Shown: positions 37,521-48,170, numbered from the stretch's first letter. The stretch is 53,974 bases of DNA from Candidatus Tectimicrobiota bacterium (GCA_016192455.1 JACPUC010000029.1:186001-239974), one strand, 5' to 3'. The notes: generated from the letters alone by a model not told the origin. Numbers and translations: made by a program.

Positions 37521-37872
37521 GGGAAGGGGGTTCACGCCGCAACGATGCGGCAATGGTGCAGGCGCAGTTCTAGGGCTGGTGCTGCCTCTTTATTTTTCAC
37601 TGTGGGGTTTCGCGAGGCGCTCTCCATTCCATCGACGCGTTCCTGGCATGGAACCTCGGCCCCTTCGCTCCTTCTCTCTTGATGCATCTGCTGCGGGCTT
37701 GGGCTGGGGTAGCACAGGGTGGGGGAAGGAGCAATCCCCTCGGGCGGGCGCTGGAGAAAAAGCGTTTGCCGCCTTCTCATGCTTCTGCTACGCTGCCTCC
37801 ACGTATCTCCGAGGCGGCGCCGGCGCGCGGCGTGCCGGGCGCAAGGGGCCTCGAGGAAGGAGCGTGCGGTCC

Positions 37873-39087
37873 ATGAAGGCGATCATCCTCGCGGCCAGCC
37901 GGGGCGCCAGCCTCGATCCCTTCACGCGCACCCGTCCCAAACCGATGATCACGGTAAGCGGGCGGTACCTCCTGGAGAACAGCATCGATCTCCTGAAGGC
38001 CGCGGGGGTGACGGACTACCAGCTCATCGTCGGTCATCAGCGCGAGAAGATCATGTCGTTCTTCCAGCAGGGCGCCGAGCACGGGGTGAACATCAGCTAC
38101 ATTTTGCAGGAGGACCCGCACGGCATCGGGGCGGCGCTGGCGGAGGCCCGCAACACGGTGCTGCCGGGCGAGTACTTCCTGCTCGTCTATGGCGATATCC
38201 TGACGCGGGGCAATATTTTTATTCAGACCCTGCAGTCGTTCCACTCCTGCCGCGCGCCGGTCGCCGCCATCTGCCTGACGCCCTCCGCCGAGCTGTACGG
38301 CAACGTCTACCTCGATGAGCAGATGCGCATCACCCGCATCATCGAGAAACCCCAAACCGGGGGCCTCGGCAACTACGTGCTGGCCGGTGTCTTCGTGCTG
38401 CCCAGCCAGTTCTTCGAGATTCTCGACCGCGCCGGCAATGACATGGAGCAGGCCCTGGCGCTGCTGGTCAAGGACCCCGGCCTGTCGGCCTCGATCTGGG
38501 AGGATGACTGGATCGACATGGTGCATCCGTGGGACATCCTGCGGGGCAACCACATCATCATGGAGCCTTGGGATGCCGCCTTCATCTCCTGCGAGGCGCA
38601 GCTTCGCGGCGATGTGAAGATCGAAGGCCCGGTGTACGTCGCCCCCGGGGTGGTCATCGAGTCGGGGAGCGTGCTGCGGGGGCCGTGCTACGTGGGACCC
38701 AACACCTACGTCGGCAACAACGTCCTCATCCGCAAGTACACCTCGATCGGGCGCGACTGCGTCATCGGCTACGGGGTGGAGCTGAAGAACTGCGTCATGT
38801 TCGGCCACTCCCGCGTCGGGCGGCTGTCGTTCATCGGCGACAGCGTCATCGGCGAGCACGTGAACATCGGCTCCGGCACGATGACGGTGAACGCCAACCT
38901 GGAGGATAAGACCGTCCAGGTGCTGGTGGGGGGCGTATTGCAGGACAGCGGCTTCAAGAAGCTGGGCGCCTTTATCGGCGACCACGTGCAGATCGGCGCC
39001 AGCAACACCCTGCCGGCCGGCCTCTGCATCGAAGCCGGCGAGTACCTCCCCCACAACACCAGCATCTCGCTCCGGGGAGGGCGCTAG
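37873..39087 (+). CDS. Bifunctional sugar-1-phosphate nucleotidylyltransferase/acetyltransferase (archaeal GlmU-like)
   Basis: MKAIILAA...RPKPM, YGD, IIEKP, hexapeptide repeats, LSFIGDSVIG, KKLGAFIGD. Confidence 0.85.
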   Translation: MKAIILAASRGASLDPFTRTRPKPMITVSGRYLLENSIDLLKAAGVTDYQLIVGHQREKIMSFFQQGAEHGVNISYILQEDPHGIGAALAEARNTVLPGEYFLLVYGDILTRGNIFIQTLQSFHSCRAPVAAICLTPSAELYGNVYLDEQMRITRIIEKPQTGGLGNYVLAGVFVLPSQFFEILDRAGNDMEQALALLVKDPGLSASIWEDDWIDMVHPWDILRGNHIIMEPWDAAFISCEAQLRGDVKIEGPVYVAPGVVIESGSVLRGPCYVGPNTYVGNNVLIRKYTSIGRDCVIGYGVELKNCVMFGHSRVGRLSFIGDSVIGEHVNIGSGTMTVNANLEDKTVQVLVGGVLQDSGFKKLGAFIGDHVQIGASNTLPAGLCIEAGEYLPHNTSISLRGGR

Positions 39088-39090
39088 CCG

Positions 39091-40902
39091 ATGTGCGGCA
39101 TCAGCGGCGTTGCCGGCCTCACCGACGTGAGCCACATCCTCCTGGCGAGCATCAAGAGCCTCGAGTACCGCGGCTACGACTCGTGCGGCATGGCGATTCT
39201 GGCGCAGCGCCGCATCGAGATTCGCAAGGACGTCGGCACCGTCGACGAGGTGATCCAGCGCCAGCGGCTCTACGAGGTGCACGGCCTGCTCGGCATCGCG
39301 CACACGCGCTGGGCCACCCACGGGGGCGTCACGAGCGTCAACGCGCACCCGCACCGCAGCAGCGACGGCGCTTTCGCCGTCGTGCACAACGGCATCATCA
39401 GCAACTACCGGCAGCTCCGCGGCGAGCTCGAAGAGCTCGGCTACGTCTTCAGCTCCGAGACCGACTCCGAGGTCATTCCGCACCTGCTGCACTTTTACTA
39501 CCGCCGCGAGCAGGACGTGGAGCGCGCCCTGCAGTGCTGCCTGGCGCGGCTGGAGGGGAGCTATGCCTTCGCCCTGCTGACGACACACGAGCCCGAGCGC
39601 CTCTACTGCGCCAAGCTGCAGAGCCCGCTCATCCTCGGCATCGGCAGCAACCAGAACTTCATCGGCTCGGACTTCAACGCCTTCATTGCCTACACGCGCA
39701 GCGCCGTGGTCCTCGACGACCACGAGTACGCCGTGCTGACGAACGACAGCTATCGCATCATCAACGCCCTCACCAGTCTGCCGATCCGCAAGAACCTCAT
39801 GCACATCGCCTGGGACCCGGAGCAGGCGCAGAAGGGGGGCTACCCCCACTACATGCTGAAGGAGGTCTTCGAGCAGCCGCAGACCGTGAGCAAGGTCCTG
39901 GCCATCGAGCGGGGAGAACTGGAGAAACTGGCCCGCAGCCTCTTCGACGCCGGCCGCGCCTACTTCATCGGCGCCGGCACGACGTACTACGCGGCTCTTT
40001 TCGGCCAGTACCAGCTTGCCGAGCTGGCGCAGCTCTTCGTGCCGGCGATCAGCAGCGATGAGTTCAAGTTCGGCGCCCTGGTCGACGCCGAGACCCTCGT
40101 GGTGGCGATCTCGCAGTCGGGCGAGACCTACGACACCCTCGAGGCGCTGCGGTTCGCCCGCGAGCATGGGGCGCACACTGCGGCGATCGTCAACGTGCAA
40201 GGCTCGTCCATGACCCGCCTCGTCGATCAGGTGATCATGCAGGGCTCGGGGCCGGAAATCTGCGTCGTCAGCACGAAGTCGGCCCTGGCGCAGATGCTCA
40301 TCCTGACGCGCCTCGCCCTGGTGGCGGGGCTGCTGCGCGGCACCCTGAGCGCCGTCCAGTACGACGAGCGGGAAGCCGAGCTGCGCCTGCTGCCCGCCGT
40401 CATCCAGCGCATCCTCAATGAGAAGTCAGGGTTCATCAACACCATCGCCCGGCGCCACTGCCACGTGAACGACTGGCTCTACCTCGGGCGCGGCATTTAC
40501 TACGCCGTGGCCATGGAGAGCGCCCTGAAGATGAAGGAGGTGGCCTACCTGCACGCCGAGGGGATGCCGGGGGGGTTCTTGAAGCACGGCACCCTGGCGC
40601 TGATCGGCGAGGGGGTCAACACCATCGTCTTCACGCCGCCGCGGGCGCAGCGCGAGCTGCACGACCTCTCTCTCGGCAGCACCGAGGAGGTGAAGGCGCG
40701 CGGCGGCTACCTCATCGGCATCCACTTCGACGCCGAGCCGTCGCTCTACCAGGACCAGGTACAGCTCCCGGAGATGCCCGCCATCCTCGGGCCGTTCGCG
40801 CAGCTCGTCGTCGGCCAGCTCCTGGCCTACTTCGCGGCCACGGCGCTGAAGCGCAACGTCGATAAGCCGCGCTCCCTCGCCAAGTCGGTGACGGTGGCGT
40901 AA
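39091..40902 (+). CDS. glmS: Glutamine-fructose-6-phosphate transaminase (isomerizing)
   Basis: Intact MCG start, HTRWATHG, SQSGETYDT, LKHG and PRSLAKSVTV. Confidence 0.93.
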   Translation: MCGISGVAGLTDVSHILLASIKSLEYRGYDSCGMAILAQRRIEIRKDVGTVDEVIQRQRLYEVHGLLGIAHTRWATHGGVTSVNAHPHRSSDGAFAVVHNGIISNYRQLRGELEELGYVFSSETDSEVIPHLLHFYYRREQDVERALQCCLARLEGSYAFALLTTHEPERLYCAKLQSPLILGIGSNQNFIGSDFNAFIAYTRSAVVLDDHEYAVLTNDSYRIINALTSLPIRKNLMHIAWDPEQAQKGGYPHYMLKEVFEQPQTVSKVLAIERGELEKLARSLFDAGRAYFIGAGTTYYAALFGQYQLAELAQLFVPAISSDEFKFGALVDAETLVVAISQSGETYDTLEALRFAREHGAHTAAIVNVQGSSMTRLVDQVIMQGSGPEICVVSTKSALAQMLILTRLALVAGLLRGTLSAVQYDEREAELRLLPAVIQRILNEKSGFINTIARRHCHVNDWLYLGRGIYYAVAMESALKMKEVAYLHAEGMPGGFLKHGTLALIGEGVNTIVFTPPRAQRELHDLSLGSTEEVKARGGYLIGIHFDAEPSLYQDQVQLPEMPAILGPFAQLVVGQLLAYFAATALKRNVDKPRSLAKSVTVA

Positions 40903-40974
40903 GGGGCGGCAATGTAAGGCACACCGCCTGCAGTTCCACAACCCTCACAGAAAGCTTTCTTTCTCCTGCGAGGA

Positions 40975-41976
40975 ATGCGTAGAATGGAACGTAACCCCCT
41001 ACCCAGACTCGATAACAATCCCCATATTCGTGAAAGTCTCCTGCCTTTCTGTCGCTTGCGAGACGGGGAGATTTGGGAAGATCCAGAAGGAAAGCACAGA
41101 GTAGGCTGCCTCGATGCAGCTAATCCAGATAACGTATCACTACTTTTACATAACTTTTCTGCCCACTTGGCCATCAACGACCCCCCGTATAACTTGATTG
41201 CATTCGAAGAACGCAGTCTGATCGAATATATCGGCTGGTGTGAGAGATGGGTGCGAAATACTCTAGCGCACTTAGCCCAAGATGCCTCCTGTTATATATG
41301 GTTAGGAGCAGATCAGAATAATCAATTCCAACCTCTGCCTGACTTTATGATAATGATGAGAAACTTTCAAGAGCTTAAGCCACGTTCTTTTATTACTCTC
41401 CGTAATCAGCGAGGTTACGGAACACAGCAGAACTGGATGGCCATCCGACAGGAGCTCCTCTATTACACAAGGGGACATCCACCTTTTTACGTTCAATACA
41501 CGGAAATTCCCAAAATTCTTCGAGGATATTATAAGGAAGTTAATGGAGCGTTAACAGAAAATCTACAACGCAGCAAGGCCCTCACTATCCGCCCCGGGAA
41601 TGTTTGGGTTGATATTCAGCAGATCTTTTATCGCCTAGGGGAGAATGTCTCTGGTTGTTATGCGCAAAAGCCTTTGCGCGCAATAGGGCGAATCATTTCA
41701 GCAAGCTCAGATCAAGACAACGTTGTCCTCGATTTCTTTGCCCACGCAGGGACCACTCTACTTGCCTGTGAACGCTTAAGAAGACAGTGCTTCACAATGG
41801 ACATTGATCCTGTCTATTGCGAAATAACTATTCGAAGGTTGGAATTATTCAGGCGACATGGTCTGCTAGGCTGGCAAAATGGAGATCCTTTTGCTGGTTG
41901 TATTGAAGATATCCGAGCATCTTCAAAAGAGTCCGACCTTCTTACACCTAATCGCCAAGTAAGTCTTTTTGAGTAA
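40975..41976 (+). CDS. Site-specific DNA methyltransferase (N4C/N6A, beta-class motif order)
   Basis: NDPPY precedes QKP and LDFFAHAGTT. AT-rich codon usage. Confidence 0.88.
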   Translation: MRRMERNPLPRLDNNPHIRESLLPFCRLRDGEIWEDPEGKHRVGCLDAANPDNVSLLLHNFSAHLAINDPPYNLIAFEERSLIEYIGWCERWVRNTLAHLAQDASCYIWLGADQNNQFQPLPDFMIMMRNFQELKPRSFITLRNQRGYGTQQNWMAIRQELLYYTRGHPPFYVQYTEIPKILRGYYKEVNGALTENLQRSKALTIRPGNVWVDIQQIFYRLGENVSGCYAQKPLRAIGRIISASSDQDNVVLDFFAHAGTTLLACERLRRQCFTMDIDPVYCEITIRRLELFRRHGLLGWQNGDPFAGCIEDIRASSKESDLLTPNRQVSLFE

Positions 41977-41982
41977 AGAAAA

Positions 41983-42648
41983 ATGGACGAGCTAGAAAAG
42001 CAGCTATACGAACGTATAGCTGCTCTTGAAGATGAGGAATCCTTCCGAAGCAGATTAGAGGATTTAATCTCAGTTTATCCCTTCAATGAGTATGAGTTTA
42101 TTATTTCGACTCTTCTTGGCATGGACAAGCTTACTGTTGAGGAGTATTATGACCTAAGGGAAGAGTACATATCAAGAAACATGTTTTTATACATCTTTGA
42201 GATTAGTGCTCTCCGAGGTTTTGGTGGGACGTGGGCACATGGTCATTTGAAGGAACTACATCAGGAACTTGAAAAACCAACGAAGAAGAAAGATCAGAAC
42301 TATCGAGGCGAATACGATCTTCTTTTAGATAACGTTATAAAGATTGAGGTAAAAGCATCTAGAGCGGTTGAATTTGCTCGTGATGAGCCGCTGTATGTCA
42401 AGGCCCTTTCTTCGAGATTTACGCAACCATTTGACATGAACTTTCAACAGGTTAAACCAGCGTGTTGTCATGTCTTTGTCTGGATTGGTGTTTGGCGTGA
42501 TCTTATACGCTACTGGGTACTAGCCTCAAAAGAGGTGGAACAGAGCAGACATTTCTCCAAGGGACAACACAGGGGAAACATCGGAGAGGGTCAACAAAGT
42601 CGAGTATTCACTATCATGTGTCAATGCCGGCGTAGTAAGATACAGTAA
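41983..42648 (+). CDS. Putative PD-(D/E)xK type II restriction endonuclease (C-terminus possibly truncated)
   Basis: EYDLLL...IEVKASR and MNFQQVK motifs. 6 bp downstream of the MTase; AT-rich. Confidence 0.65.
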   Translation: MDELEKQLYERIAALEDEESFRSRLEDLISVYPFNEYEFIISTLLGMDKLTVEEYYDLREEYISRNMFLYIFEISALRGFGGTWAHGHLKELHQELEKPTKKKDQNYRGEYDLLLDNVIKIEVKASRAVEFARDEPLYVKALSSRFTQPFDMNFQQVKPACCHVFVWIGVWRDLIRYWVLASKEVEQSRHFSKGQHRGNIGEGQQSRVFTIMCQCRRSKIQ

Positions 42649-42765
42649 TCTTTATTACTTTGAGCCCAAATTCGTTGGAGGTGGTTACGCGGATGGATGA
42701 CCAGAGGAGATATATAATAGACATCTCGATCCGCCCAGGTCTCTCTTAACATCAGTTGAGATCCC

Positions 42766-43587
42766 ATGACTACCCTTCCCTCACTCGACGACTTCTTCGC
42801 CGACCTCGATCACTTTGCCCACGCGGAGCTCATCCGCGGCGCGGCGCCGATCTGGTCGGTCCTCGGGCGCATCGGCGGCTACCTCGACGACTACTTCGCG
42901 GCGCTGCGCCGGGCCGGCATCATGGCCGATCCGCCGGAGGGGCTGCGGCTGGAGCGGCAGCCCGACGCCGACGGCAAGTGGCTGCTGACGGCGGAACGCT
43001 GCACGCGCCTGGAGACGACCGTCGTCCTCCTCGACCAGCGCATCGCCCTCGGCGCCGGGGCCGTCATCGAGCCGGGGGTGGTGATCAAGGAGGGCTGCAT
43101 CGTCGGCGCCGGCTGCGAGCTGCGTCAGGGCGCCTACCTGCGGGGCAACGTCATCCTGGGCGACGAGGCGGTGGTCGGCCACGTCACCGAGGTGAAGAAC
43201 TCCATCTTCATGCAGCACGCCGAGGCGGGGCACTTCGCCTACGTCGGCGACAGCCTCCTGGGGGCGCACGTCAACCTCGGCGCCGGCACGAAGCTGGCGA
43301 ACCTGCCGCTGCGCACGGCGGAGCAGAAGGAGAGCGGTCGGCTGGCGCCCATCCGACTCACCCTGAACGGCAAGGAGCACGACACTGGCCTCGTGAAGCT
43401 CGGCGCCATCCTCGGCGACCAGGTGGAGATCGGCTGCAACACCGTCACCGCGCCTGGCTGCCTGGTGGGCAAGGAATGCTGGGTCTACCCCACGCTGACC
43501 GTGAAGAAGGGCTACTACCCGCCCCGTCACATCATCAAGACCAAGGCCGGCGAGCTCATCGCCGAGCCCATGCGCCGCAACCCATGA
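42766..43587 (+). CDS. Hexapeptide-repeat acetyltransferase (GlmU C-terminal LbH-like)
   Basis: LRQGAYLRGN, GHVTEVKNS, HFAYVGDS, VNLGAGTKLAN, KLGAILGD. Confidence 0.85.
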   Translation: MTTLPSLDDFFADLDHFAHAELIRGAAPIWSVLGRIGGYLDDYFAALRRAGIMADPPEGLRLERQPDADGKWLLTAERCTRLETTVVLLDQRIALGAGAVIEPGVVIKEGCIVGAGCELRQGAYLRGNVILGDEAVVGHVTEVKNSIFMQHAEAGHFAYVGDSLLGAHVNLGAGTKLANLPLRTAEQKESGRLAPIRLTLNGKEHDTGLVKLGAILGDQVEIGCNTVTAPGCLVGKECWVYPTLTVKKGYYPPRHIIKTKAGELIAEPMRRNP

Positions 43588-45899
43588 CCTCGCCGACCCC
43601 GCAAACAAAGTCTGCGCCGCCCCTCAACCCGCAGCAACGCGCCGCCGTCGAGCACACAGAGGGGCCGCTCCTCGTTTTCGCCGGCGCCGGCTCGGGGAAG
43701 ACGTTCGTCATCACCCAGCGCATCGCGCACCTCGTGCACCAGCGCGGCGTGGCGCCGCAGCAGATCATCGCGCTCACCTTCACGAACAAGGCCGCCGGGG
43801 AGATGCGCGAGCGCCTTGCCGCCGCCCTCGGGCCGCTCGCCCGGGGCATTTGGATCAGCACCTTCCACGCCGCCTGCACGCGCATCCTGCGCCGCCACCA
43901 CGAGCTCCTCGGCCTGCCGCAGCGCTTCGTCATCTACGACGCCGCCGATCAGAAACACCTCCTGAAGCAGGTGCTGCGGGACCTGAAGATCGACGCGACG
44001 CGCTTCCCGGAGGCGGCCTTCGCCAGCCGCATCAGCCGCCTGAAGAGCGACCCGCAGGCGCCGCCGCCGGAGCCGGCGGCAAAGCCGCGCTTCGGCATCG
44101 AGCAGCACCTCGCGGCGGTCGCCGCGGCCTATGACGAGGCCCTGCGCGCCAACGGCGCGGTCGATTTCGACGATCTCCTGCGCCTCACCGTGGAGCTGTG
44201 GGAGAGCTACCCGGCGGTCCTCGAGACCTACCGCGAGACGCTGCGCTACGTGCTCGTGGATGAGTACCAGGACACGAACGCCATGCAGTGGCGTCTCCTC
44301 GACCTCCTCTGCCGCACGCATCAGAACCTCTGCGTGGTCGGCGATGACGACCAGAGCATCTACCGCTGGCGCGGCGCCGACGTGGGGAACATCCTCGAGT
44401 TCGCGCGCCACTACCCGAAAGCGCGGGTCATCACCCTGGGGGAGAACTACCGCTCCTCGGAGACGATCCTGCATGCGGCCTCCGCCGTGGTGGCGCGCAA
44501 CAGGCGGCGGCAGCCGAAGGAGCTCTTCACCGGCCGCGGCCCGGGGGAGAAGATCATCCTCTTCGAGGCGTACGACGAAGAGGAAGAGGCGAGCTTCATC
44601 ACCGCGGGGGTGCGCCACCGCCGCGAGGCGGAGGGGACCGATTACCGCGACATCGCCGTCTTCTTCCGCACCAACGCCCAGTCGCGCGTCGTCGAGGATG
44701 GGCTGCGCCGCGCCGGCATCCCCTACCAGGTGGTCGGCGGCTTGAAGTTCTACGACCGCAAGGAGGTGAAGGACCTCCTAGCCTACGTGCGCCTTCTCGT
44801 CAACCCGCGGGACGACGTCAGCCTGCTGCGCATCATCAATGTGCCGCCGCGCGGCATCGGCGCCGCGACGCTGCAGCGCCTTACCGATTACGCCAAGCGC
44901 GCCCGCCTCCCCCTCCTGGAGGCCGTGCGTCACGCGGCGCACCCGCACCTGGCCCGCGCCGAGGATGCCGACCTCGGCGCCGCCGTCGCCGGCAAGGCGG
45001 CGCGCGGCCACCTGCAGCAATTCGTTCTCCTCCTCGACGAGCTGGGGAAGATGGTGGCCGAGGCGTCGGCCTCGGAGACCCTCACGGCGGTCTTGCGGCG
45101 CAGCGGCTACCTCGAGAGCCTGGCGAAGGAGGAGGACGCCCAGGCCGAGTCGCGGCGCGAGAACCTCAACGAGCTGATCAGCGCGGCGCAGGACTTCGAG
45201 CAAGAGAACGACGGCGAGGTGGACGTGGCGGCCTTCCTCGATCACGCGGCCCTGGTGGCGCACCAGGACGTGATGAGCGATGCGAGCGGCGTGGTCACGT
45301 TGATGACGCTGCACGCCTCGAAGGGGCTGGAATTCGACACCGTCTTCATGGCCGGCATGGAGGAGGGCCTCTTCCCGCATGAGCGCTCGCGGCACACCAC
45401 GGCGGAGCTGGAAGAGGAGCGCCGCCTGTGCTATGTTGGCATGACGCGCGCCAAGAACCGCCTCCTCATGAGCTGGGCGACCACCCGCCGGGTGGGGGGC
45501 CAGCGCCGCTCGTCTCTCCCCTCGCAGTTCCTGGCGGATCTCCCGCAGGAGGACCTCACGGAGGCGGCGGTCCCGCATCGCTTGGGGGGTCAGACTGCCG
45601 CACTCGACCGCGCGACGCTCGCCGACGGCATGCCGCGACGGAAGCCGCGGGCCTCCCGGGAGCGGCGTGAGTTAGCGTACGAGGTTGAACCGGCGGCTCA
45701 GTCCGGAGGAGAGGCGAGCACGAGCGATGGCTACCGGCGCGGCATGCGGGTGCGTCATGCCATCTTCGGGGTGGGTGTGGTGCGCGAGGTCTCCGGCAGC
45801 GGCGACACGCTGAAGCTGAGCGTTGAGTTCCCCGGCGCCGGCGTGAAGAAGCTGATGGTGAAGTACGCCGGCCTGGAGGTCGTCGAGCCTCGTCGCTGA
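43584..45899 (+). CDS. pcrA: ATP-dependent DNA helicase PcrA/UvrD
   Basis: AGAGSGKT, TFTNKAA, VDEYQDTN, VGDDDQSIY, NYRS, TLHASKGLEF, EERRLCYV and C-terminal Tudor-like domain. ATG overlaps the upstream stop. Confidence 0.95.
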   Translation: MTSPTPQTKSAPPLNPQQRAAVEHTEGPLLVFAGAGSGKTFVITQRIAHLVHQRGVAPQQIIALTFTNKAAGEMRERLAAALGPLARGIWISTFHAACTRILRRHHELLGLPQRFVIYDAADQKHLLKQVLRDLKIDATRFPEAAFASRISRLKSDPQAPPPEPAAKPRFGIEQHLAAVAAAYDEALRANGAVDFDDLLRLTVELWESYPAVLETYRETLRYVLVDEYQDTNAMQWRLLDLLCRTHQNLCVVGDDDQSIYRWRGADVGNILEFARHYPKARVITLGENYRSSETILHAASAVVARNRRRQPKELFTGRGPGEKIILFEAYDEEEEASFITAGVRHRREAEGTDYRDIAVFFRTNAQSRVVEDGLRRAGIPYQVVGGLKFYDRKEVKDLLAYVRLLVNPRDDVSLLRIINVPPRGIGAATLQRLTDYAKRARLPLLEAVRHAAHPHLARAEDADLGAAVAGKAARGHLQQFVLLLDELGKMVAEASASETLTAVLRRSGYLESLAKEEDAQAESRRENLNELISAAQDFEQENDGEVDVAAFLDHAALVAHQDVMSDASGVVTLMTLHASKGLEFDTVFMAGMEEGLFPHERSRHTTAELEEERRLCYVGMTRAKNRLLMSWATTRRVGGQRRSSLPSQFLADLPQEDLTEAAVPHRLGGQTAALDRATLADGMPRRKPRASRERRELAYEVEPAAQSGGEASTSDGYRRGMRVRHAIFGVGVVREVSGSGDTLKLSVEFPGAGVKKLMVKYAGLEVVEPRR

Positions 45900-45988
45900 G
45901 CCGCCGCGGGGCGCCGCTGGGCTGCCAGCCGAGCCGTGGCGGCGCGGTCGAGGCGGAAGCCGGCTTCTCCCCAAGCAGGACGCGCAGG

Positions 45989-46276
45989 ATGAAGATCACC
46001 GACGCCCAGGTGGAGTACGTGGCGCAGTTGGCGCGCCTCGAGCTGAGCCCCGAGGAGAAGGCGCGCCTGCGCGACCAGCTCAACTCCATCCTGGAGTATA
46101 TGGAGAAGCTCAACGAGCTGAACACCGACGAGGTGGAGCCGACGTCGCACGTGCTGCCGATCACGAATGTTATGAAAGAGGACCGGGTGGAGCCGAGCCT
46201 GAGCCGCGAGGCCAGCCTGGCGAATGCCCCGAACCATGAGGACGGGCACATCCGGGTGCCGAAAATCATCGAGTAG
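45989..46276 (+). CDS. gatC: Asp/Glu-tRNA amidotransferase subunit C
   Basis: VEYVAQLARLEL...L.ELNTDEVEPTSH...NAP...VPKII. Confidence 0.95.
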   Translation: MKITDAQVEYVAQLARLELSPEEKARLRDQLNSILEYMEKLNELNTDEVEPTSHVLPITNVMKEDRVEPSLSREASLANAPNHEDGHIRVPKIIE

Positions 46277-46352
46277 GGGAGCGCGCGGCCGCGGGCGCCG
46301 CGGGGGGAGAAGGCCCGGCGCCGGCCGCGTTCCCGGCAGTGGATGAACCACC

Positions 46353-47789
46353 ATGGAACTGGAAACCGTCATCGGGCTGGAGGTGCACGCGCAGCTCCTG
46401 ACGCGCTCGAAGATCTTCTGCACCTGCACCACCGAGTTCGGGCGCGCGCCGAATGAGTCGGCCTGCCCGATCTGCCTCGGCATGCCGGGGGTGCTGCCGG
46501 TGCTCAACCGCACCGTGGTCGAGTTCGCCATGAAGCTCGGCCTCGCCGTGCATGCCACCGTGGCGCGCTCCTGCCGCTTCGCCCGCAAGAACTACTTCTA
46601 CCCCGACCTGCCGAAGGGCTACCAGATTTCACAGTTCGAGCAGCCCCTCTGCGTCGGCGGCCACATCGACATCCAGCCGAACGGCGGTTCCAAACGCATC
46701 GGCCTGACGCGCATCCACATGGAGGAGGATGCCGGCAAGCTCATCCACGGCGAGAACCTCGGCGACCCCAACTCGAGCTACGTGGACCTCAACCGCGCCG
46801 GCATCCCCCTGGTCGAGATCGTCAGCGAGCCGGACCTCAGCTCGCCCGAGGAGGCGCGCGCCTACCTTCTGAAGCTGAAAAGCCTGCTGCAGTACCTCGA
46901 GGTGTGCGACGGCAACATGGAGGAGGGAAGCCTGCGCTGCGACGCCAACATCTCGCTGCGCCCCAAGGGGGCGACGGCGTTGGGGACGAAGACCGAGATC
47001 AAGAACATGAACTCCTTCCGCAACGTGCAGCGGGCGCTGGAGTACGAAATCGAGCGCCAGCGCGCCATCCTCTCGGGCGGCGGCACGATCCACCAGGAGA
47101 CCCGCCTGTGGGATGCCACCCAGGGCGTCACCCTGCCGATGCGCTCGAAGGAGCACGCCCACGATTACCGCTACTTCCCGGAGCCGGACCTCGTTCCCCT
47201 CGTGGTCGATGAGGCCTGGATCGTGGCGGTGCGCGCCACCATCCCCGAGCTGCCCGACGAGAAGCGCCAGCGTTTCGAGCGCGACTACGGTCTGCCCGCC
47301 TACGACGCCGAGGTGCTGACCACCAGCCGGCCCCTGGCGGACTACTTCGAGACGGCGGCGCGGCGCTACCCGAAGCCGAAGGTCGTCAGCAACTGGGTGA
47401 TGGGGGAGCTGCTCGGCGCCCTCAACCGCAGCGGCAAGGAGATCGGCGCCTGCCCGATCGCTCCAGAGAACCTGGCCGAACTCCTGCAGCTCATCGACGC
47501 CGGCACCATCAGCGGCAAGATCGCCAAGACGGTCTTCGAGGAGATGTTCGAGACCAGCGCCTCCCCCAGGGCCATCGTGGCCGAGAAGGGGCTGACCCAA
47601 ATCTCGGACAGCAGCGCCGTGGAGCGCGTCGTTGACGAGGTCATCGCCGCGAACCCGGAGCAGCTCATGCAGTACCGCGCCGGCAGGACGAAGCTCCTCG
47701 GCTTCTTCGTGGGGCAGGTGATGAAGGCGACGCACGGCAAGGCGAACCCGCAGCTCGTCAATGACCTGCTGCGCGAGAAGCTGCGGTAA
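46353..47789 (+). CDS. gatB: Asp/Glu-tRNA amidotransferase subunit B
   Basis: [44 protein letters not shown] and C-terminal Yqey domain. Confidence 0.97.
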   Translation: MELETVIGLEVHAQLLTRSKIFCTCTTEFGRAPNESACPICLGMPGVLPVLNRTVVEFAMKLGLAVHATVARSCRFARKNYFYPDLPKGYQISQFEQPLCVGGHIDIQPNGGSKRIGLTRIHMEEDAGKLIHGENLGDPNSSYVDLNRAGIPLVEIVSEPDLSSPEEARAYLLKLKSLLQYLEVCDGNMEEGSLRCDANISLRPKGATALGTKTEIKNMNSFRNVQRALEYEIERQRAILSGGGTIHQETRLWDATQGVTLPMRSKEHAHDYRYFPEPDLVPLVVDEAWIVAVRATIPELPDEKRQRFERDYGLPAYDAEVLTTSRPLADYFETAARRYPKPKVVSNWVMGELLGALNRSGKEIGACPIAPENLAELLQLIDAGTISGKIAKTVFEEMFETSASPRAIVAEKGLTQISDSSAVERVVDEVIAANPEQLMQYRAGRTKLLGFFVGQVMKATHGKANPQLVNDLLREKLR

Positions 47790-47906
47790 TCGAACGCGCC
47801 GCCGCGGCTGCGGTCGTCCGCGAAAACCCGGCAAGGGGGTCGCCGGCGGGCCGCCGAGAACGCCGCTGCGGCAGGCCGTCTCCTCTTTCCTCTTCCCCAT
47901 CACGGT

Positions 47907-48170
47907 ATGGCACCACTGGCGCGGTTCACCTCGCACTCGCTCACCACGCTCCTCCATGCCTTTCAGTTCGGCAAGCTCACCGAACGCTCCTTCCTCATCG
48001 TCGCGGCTCTGATCATCGGCGTGCTGAGCGGCTTCGGCGCCGTGGTCTTCCGCCTCCTCATCCACGGCGTTCAGCAGTTCGTTTACGGCAGCCACGGCGG
48101 CTTCCGGGCGGTGCTGGCGCGGGCGCCGACGGCGGTCCATTGCCGCGCCACCTCCCGAGGCGGCGACTGA
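47907..48170 (+). pseudogene. Truncated N-terminal fragment of a ClC chloride-channel paralogue
   Basis: AALIIGVLSGFGAVVFRLLI..VQ....HGG aligns by eye with the first helices of the downstream ClC, then degenerates. Confidence 0.6.

Noticed and set aside
40903-42765. Tn7 insertion at attTn7
   Set aside because: No tns genes, and no convincing TGT...ACA ends with a matching 5-bp duplication.
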